A stretch of 64,000 bases of DNA from the human T2T-CHM13v2.0 reference genome, Homo sapiens: NCBI RefSeq assembly GCF_009914755.1, contig NC_060926.1, one strand, 5' to 3'. Shown here one piece after another: positions 15,570 through 28,782 of the stretch. Made by a program: the position numbers and the translations under genes. The notes under the pieces are model-generated. The model did no database searches and was not told the DNA's origin. It worked only from the letters and a program-made list of their open reading frames with translations. Position 1 is the stretch's first letter, and every line of letters begins with the position of its first letter.

Positions 15570-15845
15570 TATCGCAAGGACAAAAAACCAAACACAGCAT
15601 GTTCTCACTCGTAGGTGGGAATTGAATAATGAGAACACATGGACACAGGAAGGGGAACATCACACACCAGGGACTGTTGTGGCGTAGGGGGAGGGAGGAG
15701 GGATAGCATTAGGAGATATACCTAATGCTAAATGACGAGTTAATGGGTGCAGCACACTAACATGGCATATGTATACATATGTAACAAACCCGCACGTTGT
15801 GCACATGTACCCTAAAACTTAAAGTATTAAAAAAAAAAAAAAAAA
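15570..15845 (+). mobile_element. 5'-truncated primate L1 (L1PA3-like) 3' end with poly(A)
   Basis: Canonical L1PA 3'UTR (ctaatgctaaatgacgagttaatgggtgcagcac), A tail, 19-bp TSD aagagtagctgcatctggc at 15551-15569 and 15846-15864. Confidence 0.92.
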
Positions 15846-16255
15846 AAGAGTAGCTGCATCTGGCAAACCCGGGAGATCTTTGCACTCTCCAGCTCCCAGC
15901 TTTCTCTCCCTGCCCAGCTGGGCAGCCCTTCAAGCCCTCCAGCCCCTTCCTCTTAAGTAGATAATGAAGAAAGTGGCTGTATTGTGTGTCTCCTGGAGTA
16001 TTGGCGTTGGTTGGGGGGCGGAGGGTCCCAGCAAGGAGACCTGTCACCTGTGATGCTGCCAATGTCACATTCACCTGCCAGCCTGGCCTGCCTGGGCGAG
16101 CGCGCCTGCCCTAACCCTCCTCCCTTAGGGTGCAATCCATTTTTTTGTTGAGGCTGTGATTGTTCTGATTTTTGTTTCAACCCCTTTGCTGACCAGGCCT
16201 CCAATAGAAAGAAGGGAATTCACACACATTTTCTATACCCTAATGAGTGCATGCA

Positions 16256-16566
<311 letters not shown>

Positions 16567-17803
16567 TAGACACATTGCTGTTGCCTGAGCCTGAAGAGCC
16601 TTTTCTCCTCCCTCCTCCTCACCTGGCCAATCCCATTTGTGCATTCAGAACTGGACTTCCTCCTCCGGGAAGCCTCCCTTGACCTTCCCTGCTCCCACTT
16701 GCAAGTTCACTGGCGAAATCCCAGAACCCTTTATCCCTTTGCTCTCTGAGCTCTTACCACATGATTTCGTTCCCTTGTGAACATGATTTTGTTCCCTTGT
16801 GGGTTTAAACACCATCTGCAGTCCCATTTCCTGATACCCTGCCTGGCATGCAGACAGAGTGAATGAATCCTCCCTTCCTTTTAAATAAACACTAATACTT
16901 TTGAGATTTTAACACTTTGCAAGGGAATTGTTCTCTATGTTAAGCGCTTTCCTACTTTTATAAAAACATACTGAACAAAATTAAACCTCTCGCAAATGAC
17001 TAAAGGTCGTGAGTGGAATTATAACTTATAGCCCACTGATTTCTTTGCAGCTTTTGCAGTGGGCAGAACTATTATCTTCACACCAAATGGATTCATGTCA
17101 CTAAGATTTCGCTAGTGGTTGGATCTGTTTTTTTAAAGTTTTCCAATTTCTTTCCTCACCGTCTGATGATAATTCTTATTCTAGGTTGCTTGCCTTTTGG
17201 CAGTGCCCTTTTACCCAGTTCGTGGTACCTAATCCAGCTGCCTTTGGGTTGAAAAACTAAGGATACAGTCTCTTTACCTTTGGGTGCGGGTTAAGAGTAA
17301 ATTGGTCCTGAATAAAGATTATGAACAAGGATTTTCCTTGTTTTGGTTGCCTGAAGTCTTTTAAAAATAAATAAATAAATAAAATAAACAACCTAGTTCC
17401 TGTTGACTTTATAGATTACTAAAAAATGTATCTATTCCTGCCAAGAAATAGTTTGAACTAAAATCAGAGGGAACGTGCAGCTCTTTGAGTATTTTGTTTG
17501 GTGCTATGTAATTGTAATTAATTTCATGTCATTTTCATTGCTTTATTTCCTCAACATGGTACCTACATCACAGGGCTTTTGTAAGAATTAAATGAGATAA
17601 CATAGATAAAAGTAAAGCAATCATTTTTAAAGTTCGGTTTTAAAAACCCACCCACTTTTGCAAATCAGACTCTGTGTTTTTAATCAGACAGTTGAAACTA
17701 GGGCAGTTGACCGTTGGGGCACTTGATTTGCTAAACGAAATCTCTCAGTCTTGTGAAGTGGGAACCATGTGACCCTCTGACTCAGGTTTTGTGTTCTTCC
17801 TAG

Positions 17804-17917
17804 TGGAAGGAGCCTGGGAGAGGCCAGGCCTCCCCGGACTGCTAGCCTGCTTTTCCTGGGGTCCCTGGAGCCGGAGGAAGAACCAGGATGTTGCTGCCTG
17901 CAGAAGCTCAGCTCAGG
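17804..17917 (+). CDS. C2orf72: C2orf72 coding exon 2 ([38 protein letters not shown])
   Basis: Acceptor gtgttcttcctag|; donor CAGG|gtgagt; 114 nt, phase 1 to 1, in frame with exon 1. Confidence 0.92.
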
Positions 17918-18769
17918 GTGAGTGCTCCCCGACCTCCTGCATCCTGAGGGCCAGGTGCATGGAATTATGGGAGTGGTCACGTGAACTTGGGGACCTTAGG
18001 GACAGAGTGGACCAACATCTATGGAGTGCTTGCCATGTGCCAGGTGTGGGGATGAGCAATGTGAGGTGCCCATATGCCAGGCAGTGGGCACATGGGCTCG
18101 GTCAGGCTGGGCTCTTTCCCCAGGAGTCTCCACCTAATGAAGGCAGTATGGGGAGGGCTGTAACAAAGGTGTCTCCAGGAGCATGGTGGGGTGCATGGGA
18201 CGTGCATGGGACCAAACACAGCAAGTCTCCCTGGAGGGTCCAGGGAGTATCCTAGAGCAAGTGATATTTGATCCGGGGATGGAGGGATTTTCGTAGGCAG
18301 AAATGGGAAGTTTTGGAAAAGGAGCACTGAGCTAAGGAGTGACAGCATGATGTCATGCTCAGAAAAGGGACCACCTTCGAGAGGCCCTGGGAGTGAGGTG
18401 CAGAAGGAAACCAGTGAGGGCCAAGGCTGAAGGGAAGAGTTTGGACCAAATCAGTGTCCCAGATGTGCAGCCTTCAGGAGTAGTGTGCCATGAGCGATTT
18501 CTGAGCAGAGAGATTGGGGTGTGTTTAGAGAGATGGACTCTAGGAGAGGGAGACACCTCGGCAGAGCCCACCTAGGAGGAGGCTGTCGTGTCCCAGGAGG
18601 GATAACAGGCGGCCTGGGCCCGACCTGGGCAGTGGGAATGGAGGGGAGAAAACTCACCCGGAGCCACTCCTAGGTGGAATCATCAGGCCACTAAATGGAA
18701 ATGAGGGAGAAGGGGAAGGGGAAGACACCCCTCCATGTCAATGCTGATGTTAGAGAGATAGGAAGCGCA

Positions 18770-19043
18770 CTGATCCCCCCCTTATCCACGTGAGATGCTT
18801 TAAGACACCTGTGGATGCCTAAAACCATGGGTAGCACCAAGCCCTACGTATACACTGTGTTTTTTACTGTACATATATACCTACGATAAAGCTTAATTTA
18901 TAAACTAGGCACAGTTAAGACATTTAACAATATATAACAAAAGTTACATGAATGAGGTATCTCTCTGAAAATATCTTATTGGACTGTACCGCAGGTAACT
19001 GAAACTGCGGATAGTGACGCCATGGATGGGGGTGGCTACAGTA
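18770..19043 (-). mobile_element. MER44-like (Tigger7) MITE
   Basis: Termini ccccccttatccacg ... gcaggtaactgaaactgcggatag. Confidence 0.65.
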
Positions 19044-19196
19044 CTCGGAAGCATGGTGTAGCCTGCTGAATGCACACAGCCCATCCCAAAGTGCACTGAG
19101 AAGTATAGCTTTGTTACAGAAACAATGGATGGTGGTTCAAAATTAACTTTCATTGTGTCTCTCATTTAAGAAAGAAAACCATTAGTTGATGTGTCA

Positions 19197-19535
<339 letters not shown>

Positions 19536-20868
19536 TCACAAGCTTAGCAGCTTCAAAGGCATTGATTAGGTGTCTGACTTCTTGCTGGCTGTCAGCTGGG
19601 GCTGCTCTCAGCTCCAAGAGGCCCCTGCCATTCCTTGCTCTCACAAGCCCTCTCACAAGAGATCCTCCTTCAATCAGCAGGAGAACCCCGCTCTCCAGTC
19701 TGCTAGGAGGGAGTCCACATAACCTAAGGAGTCAAGGTAGTCACTAGCCATTGCATTTGTCAGAGAGACAACCTACTCCCCAGAGTGACTAAGCTATCAC
19801 ATTCACAGAGCCCATCCAGACTCAAGGAAGGGCTTTATAAGGGGCCAGAATCTTGGGGGCTGTCTTAGAATTCTGCCTGTCATGTTTGAAAACTCAAAAA
19901 AAAGTACAAAAAAAAAAAAGAAAGAAAACAAATGTGAAACATCATTCACTTAATTCCATCATTCAGAGATAACTACAATTATATTTTGGGGTACGCCATT
20001 CTATTTACCTATCTCTCCTTGTGCTCTTTAAAATTTAATAAACTCACTTCTATATCATCTTCAAAATGCAGTAGATATTTAAAATGTTTAATTGCAAAAA
20101 TGCTAACTTCAACCTCTCCACCATCATTTTGGATATACTTGGAAACTAAAGGAGAAAAGATGAAGCAACAGAATCATTAACCATTTTACATAAATCTTGG
20201 ATAATTTCTCTCTCTGTGGTATGTACAAATCTCATATAGAAGTGAATGTATTAAAATGCAAATGGCATTTATGGACTATGTACACACATTGATAGCATAT
20301 GATAAATATAGGATATCATAATTACATGCATTTATACAATCATGAGTTGCTTAATGACAGGGATATACATTCTGAAAAATACATCTTTAGGGGATTTTTG
20401 TTGTGTGAACACGATAGAGTGTACTTAGAAACCTGGATGGTATAACCTACTACATGCCTATGCTATGCGGCATAGCCTATCGTTCCTAGGCTACAAACCT
20501 GTACAGCAGGTTACTGTCCTGAATATTGTGGGCAACTGTAACACAATGGTAAGTAGCTGTGTGTCTCAACATACCTAAACATAGTAAAGGTGCAGTAAAA
20601 ATATGCTATAAAAGATCAAAAAATGGTACATCTGCATAGGACACTTACCATGAATGAAGTTTTCAAGGCTGGAAGTTGCTCTGGGTGAGTCAGCGAGTGA
20701 GTGGTGAGTGAATGGGAAGACCTAGGACATTGCTGTGCACTACTGTCGACTATATAAACGCAGTACACTTAGGCTACACTACATTTATTTTAAAATATTT
20801 CTTTCTTCAATAATAAATTAACCTTAGCTTACTGTAACTTTTTTACTTTATAAGCTTTTTGATTTTTT

Positions 20869-21040
20869 GGCCAGGCATGATGGCGCGTGCCTGTAGACCC
20901 TGCTACTCCAGAGGCTGAGGCAGGAGGATGGCTCGGGCCCAAGAGTTCGAGGCTACAGTGATCCGTACTCCTGCCATTGCACTGCAGCCTGCACACCATA
21001 GTGAGACTGTCTCAAAACAAACAAACAGACAAACAAAAAC
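20869..21040 (+). mobile_element. Alu monomer (FRAM/FAM-like)
   Basis: Single Alu arm with (AAAC)n tail. Confidence 0.75.
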
Positions 21041-21405
21041 CACCTTTTTAAATTATTAAAAGCTTTTTCACTCTTTTGTAGTAATACTTGGCTTAAAACA
21101 CAAAATATTGTAGAAATGTACAAAAATATTTTCTTTCTTTATATCCTTATTTAGTAGGCTTTTTCCTATTTTAATTTTTTTTTTTTTTTTTTTTTTGCTA
21201 AAAACTAAGACACAAACATGCGCCTTAGCCTACACCTACACACAAGGTCAGGATCATCAGTATCACTGTCTTCTGCTTCCACATCTTGTCCCACTGGAAG
21301 GTCTTCAGGGACAATAACACACATGGAGCTGTCACCTCCTATGATAAACAATGCCTTCTTCTGGATACCTCTTGAAGGGCTTGCCTGAGGCAGTTTTACA
21401 ATTAA

Positions 21406-21453
21406 CTATATATATATATAAACTTTATATACGTGTGTGTGTATATATATCTT

Positions 21454-21485
<32 letters not shown>

Positions 21486-21488
21486 TAT
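21406..21488. repeat. Compound (TA)n/(TG)n/(CA)n microsatellite
   Basis: Directly visible. Confidence 0.9.
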
Positions 21489-21532
21489 AAGTAGAGGGAG
21501 TACACTCTAAAATAATGTTAAAACATATAGTA

Positions 21533-21788
<256 letters not shown>

Positions 21789-22017
21789 TTATATATATAT
21801 AGAGAGAGAGAGACAGTACAGTAACATAGTCATTTCTTATTATTATCAAGTATTGTCTACTGTATATAATTGTATGTACTAGACTTTTACATGACTGGCA
21901 GCGAGTTAGGTTGTTTCCACCAGCATTGCCACAAACATGTGAGTAATGCATTGCACTGCAACATCAGGACAACTACAAGGTTACTAGGTGACAGGAATTT
22001 TTTAGCTGTGTTTCAAT

Positions 22018-22326
22018 CTTTTTTTTTTTTTTTTTTTTTTTTTGAGACAGAGTCTAGCTCTGTCACCCAGGCTGCACTGTGCAGTGGCACGTCTTGGCTC
22101 ACTGCAAGCCCCGCCTCCCAGGTTCACGCCATTCTCCTGCCTCAGCCTCCCAGGTAGCTGGGACTACAGGCTCCCGCCACCACGCCCAGCTAATTTTTTG
22201 TATTTTTAGTAGAGACGGGGTTTCACCATGTTAGACAGGATGGTCTCGATCTCCTGACCTCGTGATCTGTCCGCCTTGACCTCCCAAAGTGCTGGGATTA
22301 CAGGCGTGAGCCACGGCGCCCGGCCA
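22018..22326 (-). mobile_element. AluY
   Basis: actgcaagc..ggttcacgccattctcc, ggatggtctcgatctcctgacctcgtgatc; TSD agctgtgtttcaRtctt. Confidence 0.9.
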
Positions 22327-22795
22327 GCTGTGTTTCAGTCTTATGGGACCACTCTCTTATTAAGGTTCGTAATTGACCAAAATGTCATTATGTTGCACGT
22401 GACTGTACTTACTGTTTTGGAATCTGCTTTCTTCATCAATAACATACTATAACTGCCTTCCACAGCAATAATTATATGTCAACAACATATTTTCTTTTTT
22501 GAGGTAATTCTAAATTAACATGCAGTGGCAAGAAATCATACAGAAATCCCAGCACTTTGCGAGGCCGAGGCAGGGGGATAGCTTGAGCTCAGGAGTTCAA
22601 GACCAGCATGAGTGACATAGTGAGACCCTGTCTCAAAAAACAAAAAGGGAGATCACCCAGAGAGATCCTGTGTATACTTTGCCCAGTTTCCCCCAATGGT
22701 AACATTTTGCAAAACTATAGTGCAATAGCACAAACGGGATATTGACACTGACGTAATCCACAGATCTTATTCGGATTTCCCCAATTTTACTTCTA

Positions 22796-22799
<4 letters not shown>

Positions 22800-22845
<46 letters not shown>
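22800..22845. repeat. (GT)23 microsatellite
   Basis: Uninterrupted dinucleotide run. Confidence 0.95.
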
Positions 22846-22847
<2 letters not shown>

Positions 22848-23387
22848 AGGTCTGTGGAATTTTATATATTGTCTTTAATACCTGAATCCCATTATATGTG
22901 TGAGCCATAGTTCACTCAACCAGTCCCATTGTTGGACATGGAATCGGGACACTTTCAACTGCAAGTAAAGATACCATGACACACATGAGCACAAGCAGTA
23001 AGAGAAATCATTATCTCACCTAAAAGACAGTCCAGAGATGGAGTCGGCTTCAGAGTTGGTTGATTCAGGGGCTCAGGGACCCCACCAAACACCCAGGTTT
23101 GCTCTTTCTCTCTGTTGGGCCATCTTCAGTGTCAGTTTCATCCTTAGGCTGGTAGCAAGATAGCTCCAGCAGTTCCACTAATTATTCCTAATTATTTTCT
23201 TAGGATAAAATCCTAGAAGTGAAATTTGTGGGTCAAAGGGTGTGTACATCGTTAAGGTTTTTGATATGTATTTTGTTTTGTTTTTTAAGTAGGTATTTGC
23301 TGGGGACAACTTTCTCCTTTTCCTTCCTAGATAACTCACTCACAACCTTTCTCTTCTGATTCAGTGATTTCTTCTCCTGTGTTCCAG

Positions 23388-23527
23388 AAGACTTCCAGGA
23401 ACCTGAGGAGGAGCTGCCACTAACAGCCATATTTCCCAATGGAGACTGTGATGACCTTGGAAGGGGGTCAAAAGCCTGTGATGGAGTCGTACACACTCCT
23501 GCTGAGCCCACCGGAGACTCAAGATGA
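23388..23527 (+). CDS. C2orf72: C2orf72 coding exon 3 to stop ([23 protein letters not shown]...TGDSR*)
   Basis: Acceptor cttctcctgtgttccag|; TGA at 23525-23527; 634+114+140=888 nt = 295 aa + stop. Confidence 0.9.
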
Positions 23528-24012
23528 AGGCTGGACCCTTGCGCTGTCCCTGGCTCTAACCTACAGACTGGGGCCTGGCTCCGTCTTACTGGCCCCCAGG
23601 TCTCCATGGAGACTGCAGAAACCCCCGCCTGCTGGAGGCCTGCCACACTCACAGTTACCAGCTAGACAGTGGGGCTTACTAAGACAAGCAGGACCTAAAA
23701 CAGTGTCTCCCCTGGGAACCTACTCCCCACCCAGCATTTGCTAAGTCTGATCACAGGGAGGTTATTTTGTCTCTCTGTCTCGGTTTCTCTGAGCCACTGA
23801 GACAGATGGCTGTCCGCTTTGAGGCTCTGCAGAGCTGTGGCACCCCATGGTGTGTCTGCAGTGTTCTGGGCACATGCATGGGCACCCATCGTTGAGAGTG
23901 CAGCTGGGAAGAACTCTGAACCAGAAGTCATCAGAGCTGAGGCATGGCCTTGAACATGTCACTCAGTCTCTGGGGCTTCTGTTTCACAAATGCATGAGGG
24001 GGCCACCAGCCC

Positions 24013-24200
24013 AGTGGCTTTAAACCAGGGGCAGGTTGTCCCTCCAGGCAGCATTGGAAATGTGTGTGTGTTGAGGGGGTCACAGTGACTGTGGGGGCAC
24101 CCCTGGCATCTAGTGGGCATCCCACAATGTGCAGAACAGTCTCTGACAGCAAAGAATTGGTCCATTCAATGCCAATTGTAGTACCTTTGAGACATTCTGG
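24013..24200. mobile_element. MER20-like hAT MITE in the C2orf72 3'UTR
   Basis: ctggcatctagtggg...catcccacaatgtgcagaacag...aaagaatt motifs. Confidence 0.6.
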
Positions 24201-24965
24201 CTGAGCCAATGCCTTCTCCCTGTCAGAGTCCCCCAGAGCAGAGAGGGTCAGGCTTCCCTGGACCTTGGCTCCCAGAGCAAGCCAAAATAAAGACTACACT
24301 GTTGCCTTGGGGGCTTGTCGGGCCAGGGCCAAGACGGTCTGCGTGCTGCAGGGCCAGGACAGAAATAGCCACACATGCCGGTGAGAACAAAGAGCCTCTT
24401 TCTTTCTCATGTTGACATCGACTTTCTGTGCCAAGTCCTTTGGGTATAAGGATGCTAGGGAATTCCTATAGGCACCAAACAGAAGGAAAGCTAGGGGCTT
24501 GGACTACTGGGTATAGGACTTGCTCTAGCTCTCAGGTCCTAGCCCAAGCTCAATGCAAACACAGCCCCTCCGGGCTCTCTGTTTCTGTGAGGTTCTGGAA
24601 TCCCTTCCTCTGTGTCCGTGAGTCTGACAGAATCGATGATGTTCCCTTAGAGCTGGGAAATCCATGTGTTTATTCACGGAGGGAACTCACCATTACCTCC
24701 CTTGTCTTCTTTGCCTGCCTTGGAGAAATCCAGAGTCTTCGGAATGGCAAAGGCAGCTCCTGGATTTCCCTGGAGGGGAGGCACTAGCTGAGGGAAGTAG
24801 CTCCCTTCATTCATGATGCACAGTTTACGCAGCAGACACACAACTGCGCCTACTATTTGCTCGGTGCCCTGCAAGGTGCTGCCTAACTTTGATTTGTTAT
24901 TTCAGCTCTCTCCAGGATAGTGCCAAATGGTGCAATGGGAAACCTGTTTTGCTGGGGGGCTCTAG

Positions 24966-25081
24966 ATCACTGGCTCCAGAACTCCCGGCTGCCAGGGTAG
25001 CCCCTACCCCCAGCCCCTTGCTCCTGGACAGCAGTGGGTCTCACCTTTAGCCTCTGCCCCCAGTTCTGGTCTGACCCAACA
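24966..25081 (+). repeat. Copy 1 of a local ~116-bp direct repeat
   Basis: Aligns by eye to 27779-27898 with about 10 substitutions and one 4-nt indel. Confidence 0.9.
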
Positions 25082-26180
25082 GAGGGGCTCTATGATATTA
25101 AGAAGGGGCCCTTCCTGCTCTGTGCCTCAACCTATTCTCCATAATAGGGAGTCTAATCCTATTCCTTCCCTGCCTGATGAGGATGGTGTGAGGATGAGGA
25201 GGACGGCATCTCATTTGGGGCTTTTTGGCAGTGGGCCTCATTTTAATCCTGCAGGGCTGCCTGCCAGTGGATCTATCCAGCTGCTTCCTTGTAGCCAAGA
25301 ATGAGTTCAATGAATTGTGATTCACTGATTTTATTGATTTTGTTTTAAAACAGGGAGACTGGTATTTTTGAAGCTGCTATCATTTTCTATTTCTTTATTA
25401 ATTTCTTTGTAATCATCTTATTAAAGTTTTCTTATTTAGTGGGAGAGGGAGCTTTGTTTAAGTTTGGAATTTGCCTAAGGCAGAAGTTATAAGGCTTCAT
25501 AACCTTTTGTATGTATTGCCAATATTTGAAACTTGGGAGATTACGTATAAAAAATACCTAGTTTTCTGGGTGGAGGATGGGGCATGCTGTCATCTCAAGT
25601 CTGCTGCGGCTCACCCCCACCACCTTTACCCCCTCCCCCGCCCTTCCCATCCCCCACTGCACTTCACTCATGTAAGACGTCTGCCCGGTGCTGGTCCAGG
25701 CGGGCATGTGAGTTTGTAGCCTCTGCTCCAAAGGATGGTTTACACATTATTTTTTCATTACCTTCAGTATTCCTGTGAATGGTTCAAGAGAGAAAGTCTT
25801 CATTTACTAAGATTTGGGTTCTGCCTCCCAAGTGACAATACGGGGCTGAGATCCCTCTCAGCTTCTTTGAGATGTGGCCACCATAAGCATCATCGTTGTA
25901 GGGACAGTCTCATTGCTGTCTTCTAGCAGACAGAAGAGTTAGGTGCCAGAAAGGACAATCTTGATGGTGGGTCCCCTCCCTGAAGGACTTTAAGAAGGCA
26001 TAAAGGGGTTGGGGTGGAGGGTGGCGTGTGAAGGAGGAGGCCCTTGATTAGGTCAGTGGTCCCTGGGAGCCATCGGCGAGAGGCCTCCAGCCGGGTGACA
26101 GTCTGGGCTCTCGGGTACTAATCTTTCTAATATGGCAGTGGTTGTGGCACTTCTGACTTGAATTGATAATTCTCATATCT

Positions 26181-26186
26181 AATAAA
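26181..26186 (+). terminator. Probable distal poly(A) signal of C2orf72
   Basis: AATAAA about 2.65 kb after the stop codon, ending an Alu-free 3'UTR-like stretch; cleavage site not provable from sequence. Confidence 0.6.
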
Positions 26187-26399
26187 ACCAAGAAGTACCT
26201 CGTTGATATCTTATAGAAAACAAAATGGATCTTCTTCATTCTCCTAAGGGGCTCCTTGCAGAGAGACCCTGGAGAGCAGGGAAGCTTGGCAAATGGTGGA
26301 AATCTGTGGCCTGAAAGCCTCCCAGCCTCTGCCCTGGGTGACATCTCCCCTGCCGTACCAGCTGGGATTAAAAAACCTGTAGCGAGAAAGCATAAGTAT

Positions 26400-26540
26400 A
26401 TATTTAAAAAATGATTTTTAAATTTTTGTAGAGACAGGGTCTCACTATGTTGCTCGGGCTGGTTTCAAACTCCTGGGCTCAAGTGATCCTCCCACCTCGG
26501 CCTCCCAAAGTGTTGAGGTGACAGGCATGAGCCAATGGCC
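26400..26540 (-). mobile_element. FLAM Alu monomer
   Basis: Single left arm, antisense. Confidence 0.8.
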
Positions 26541-27480
26541 AGATTTTTGAAAAGACAGCATTCAGCTTAGGATACAATGGTGTGTGTGTGAGCGTGTGAG
26601 CACGCACATGCATGTTTAACCAGAGCTAAAATAACCTTAACTGAGTCTCAGAGAATTCTTTCTACTATTTGGGTCACACTTTTTCTCCTCTCCTAGTGTT
26701 TGTCTCCAAACCTTAGTGCACAAGAGTCCCTGGGTTGTCAAACCCAAAACTTAAGGCAACCCTGCAAAGGGGCCAGGAGCTGAGTCCCCAAACCTTTGAA
26801 CTGAACGAGCCCCCCTTACCCTAGCAGAGAACTGTGGATTCAGCCTTGCTGGAGAAGACGAAGGACTGCCTGGTTAACTTGAAAGCAGCCTGTACTTTAA
26901 AGTGTAGCAAAGCAAAGCTGCAGGCTTTATTCCCTGGGGTCAGGAGGCCTGGACTTTGTCCTGTTTGTATGGCAAACACAGCCAGCCCAGTGAGTGAGTG
27001 CAGGAAGCTGGCTGTTTGTACCCAAGGGCTGCATAACCGCTTCTGACCTGGTTTTGTGTGTTAGTGGATCGAGGATTGGGACAGACGTGGAATTTGGCCT
27101 GGGCAGCCTGCCACTTGTGTAACCTTGGAGCTCAGGAAAAAATGAGGTGCAAGGGAGAGGGTGGATAGCCAGGATCCCACATGGACCCTTCAGATGCCTT
27201 TGGTCTGAGCCAGAGCCCTCTGGATCCCTTATATTGGGGCTGCCTAATTGGGACTGGAGGCAGAGACGGCCCTCCTGGGACATGCCATGGTTCACACTGT
27301 AGTGGGGGCCAGGATGTGGGGTAGCTCAGGTCCAAACCGGGGCTGGGTGCTGAAGCCACTGTGGGGCTGTGGTTTTGGCAAGGGTGAGAACCCTCTCTGG
27401 TGTCCTTCCTGGGCTCCCCAGCCCCAGCTGGGGCTCCTGCCACAAATGCAGACCGGGGACTGCCTGTTCTTTGACCAGTG

Positions 27481-27523
27481 AAATTCAGAGACCCTCAAGG
27501 AAGGCTTGAGGGTCTCTGAATTT
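27481..27523. repeat. Perfect 19-bp inverted repeat with 5-nt loop
   Basis: aaattcagagaccctcaag-gaagg-cttgagggtctctgaattt. Confidence 0.95.
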
Positions 27524-27590
27524 GCTGTCCTCATCTGCACTTAGAGTAATTGCACTTAAGTTGCTGTCCTCATCTGCACTTAGAGTAATT
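27522..27590. repeat. Perfect 30-bp direct duplication with 9-nt spacer
   Basis: ttgctgtcctcatctgcacttagagtaatt at 27522-27551 and 27561-27590. Confidence 0.95.
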
Positions 27591-27778
27591 AGGTGCCTCG
27601 CTTAGTCCTGTGACCAAGCCTGATTTTGAGTCGTGGTTACAGAAACTTAGTCTGTGTCTTGTAGCCCTGAGCTCCTCCTCTTCCTCACCAGTTAACAATA
27701 TCTCAAAGAAGGGTGTTGTCCTGAACCATTACCATAACCCCAGCCTAAGCTCACCCTGACCACCACTGTCCCAGGTAT

Positions 27779-27898
27779 ATCACCGGCTCCAGAACTCCTG
27801 GCTGCCAGGGCAACCCCCGCCCCCAGCCCCTTGCTCTGGGACAGGAGGGAGTGGGTCTCACCTTTAGCCTCTGCCCCCGGTTCTGGTCTGACCCAGCA
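27779..27898 (+). repeat. Copy 2 of the local ~116-bp direct repeat
   Basis: Shares gtgggtctcacctttagcctctgccccc and flanks with 24966-25081. Confidence 0.9.
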
Positions 27899-27998
27899 CA
27901 TGGCAGCTCCAAAGAGCGGACAAAACCTTGAAGCAAAGCCAAAGGGCCAGGCCTGAATGGGAGGTCAGAGGGAAGAAGGCCCAGGAGAGGGTCTAAGC

Positions 27999-28467
27999 CA
28001 GCCCTGTCTAAGAGGAATCTAACGCAGGCACATAGGTAGCTTTCTATGGTGGCCACATTAGAAAAAAGTAAAAAGAAATAGATAAAATTAATTTTAAGCA
28101 TACATTTCATTTAGCCCAATATATCTAAAATATCATTTCAACTGTAAATTATCGAGACATTCTGCATTCTGTTTTGCATATTGTCTTTGAATCCCATGAG
28201 TTTACACTTAGAGCCCAATTCAGATACTACATTTTCATCAGAAAAACTTGATCTGTATTTAGATTTAATTAAATGTACAGTCGTAAACATTCACATCCTC
28301 AAATTGTTTCAGAAATACTGAAAGGTTTTGCAGTTATGGAATTTCTATCTATTTTTAAATTTCAATTAATTAAAGTTAAAGTTTAGAATGCATTTCCTCA
28401 GTTGCACTAGCCACATTGCAGCTGCTCAATAGCACTTATGGCTGGTGGCTACTGTATTGGACAGCAC
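27999..28467. mobile_element. MER33/Charlie5-like hAT element
   Basis: AT-rich body ending ctcagttgcactagccacattg...gtggctactgtattggacagcac. Confidence 0.6.
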
Positions 28468-28484
28468 CCCTCAAGAACAGGGGA

Positions 28485-28782
28485 GGCCTCGCGCGGTGGC
28501 TCATGCCTGTAATCACAGCACTTTGGGAGGCCAAGACGGGTGGATCACCTGAGGTCAGGAGTTCAACACCAGCTTGGCCAAGATGATGAAACCCCATCTC
28601 TACTAAAAATACCAAAATTAGCCGGGCGTGATAGCGGGCACCTGTAGTCCCAGCTACTTGGGAGGCTGAGGCAGAGAATCGCTTGAATCCGGGAGGCAGA
28701 GGTTGCAGTGAGCCAAGATTGCGCCACTGCACTCCAGCCTGGGCGACAGAGCGAGACTCCGTATCAAAAACAAACAAAAAAC
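28485..28782 (+). mobile_element. AluS
   Basis: Dimeric Alu, TSD aacagggga. Confidence 0.9.

Noticed and set aside
25098-25325. Possible NUMT suggested by composition
   Set aside because: No recognisable mitochondrial gene sequence; better explained as a MIR-like remnant in the 3'UTR.
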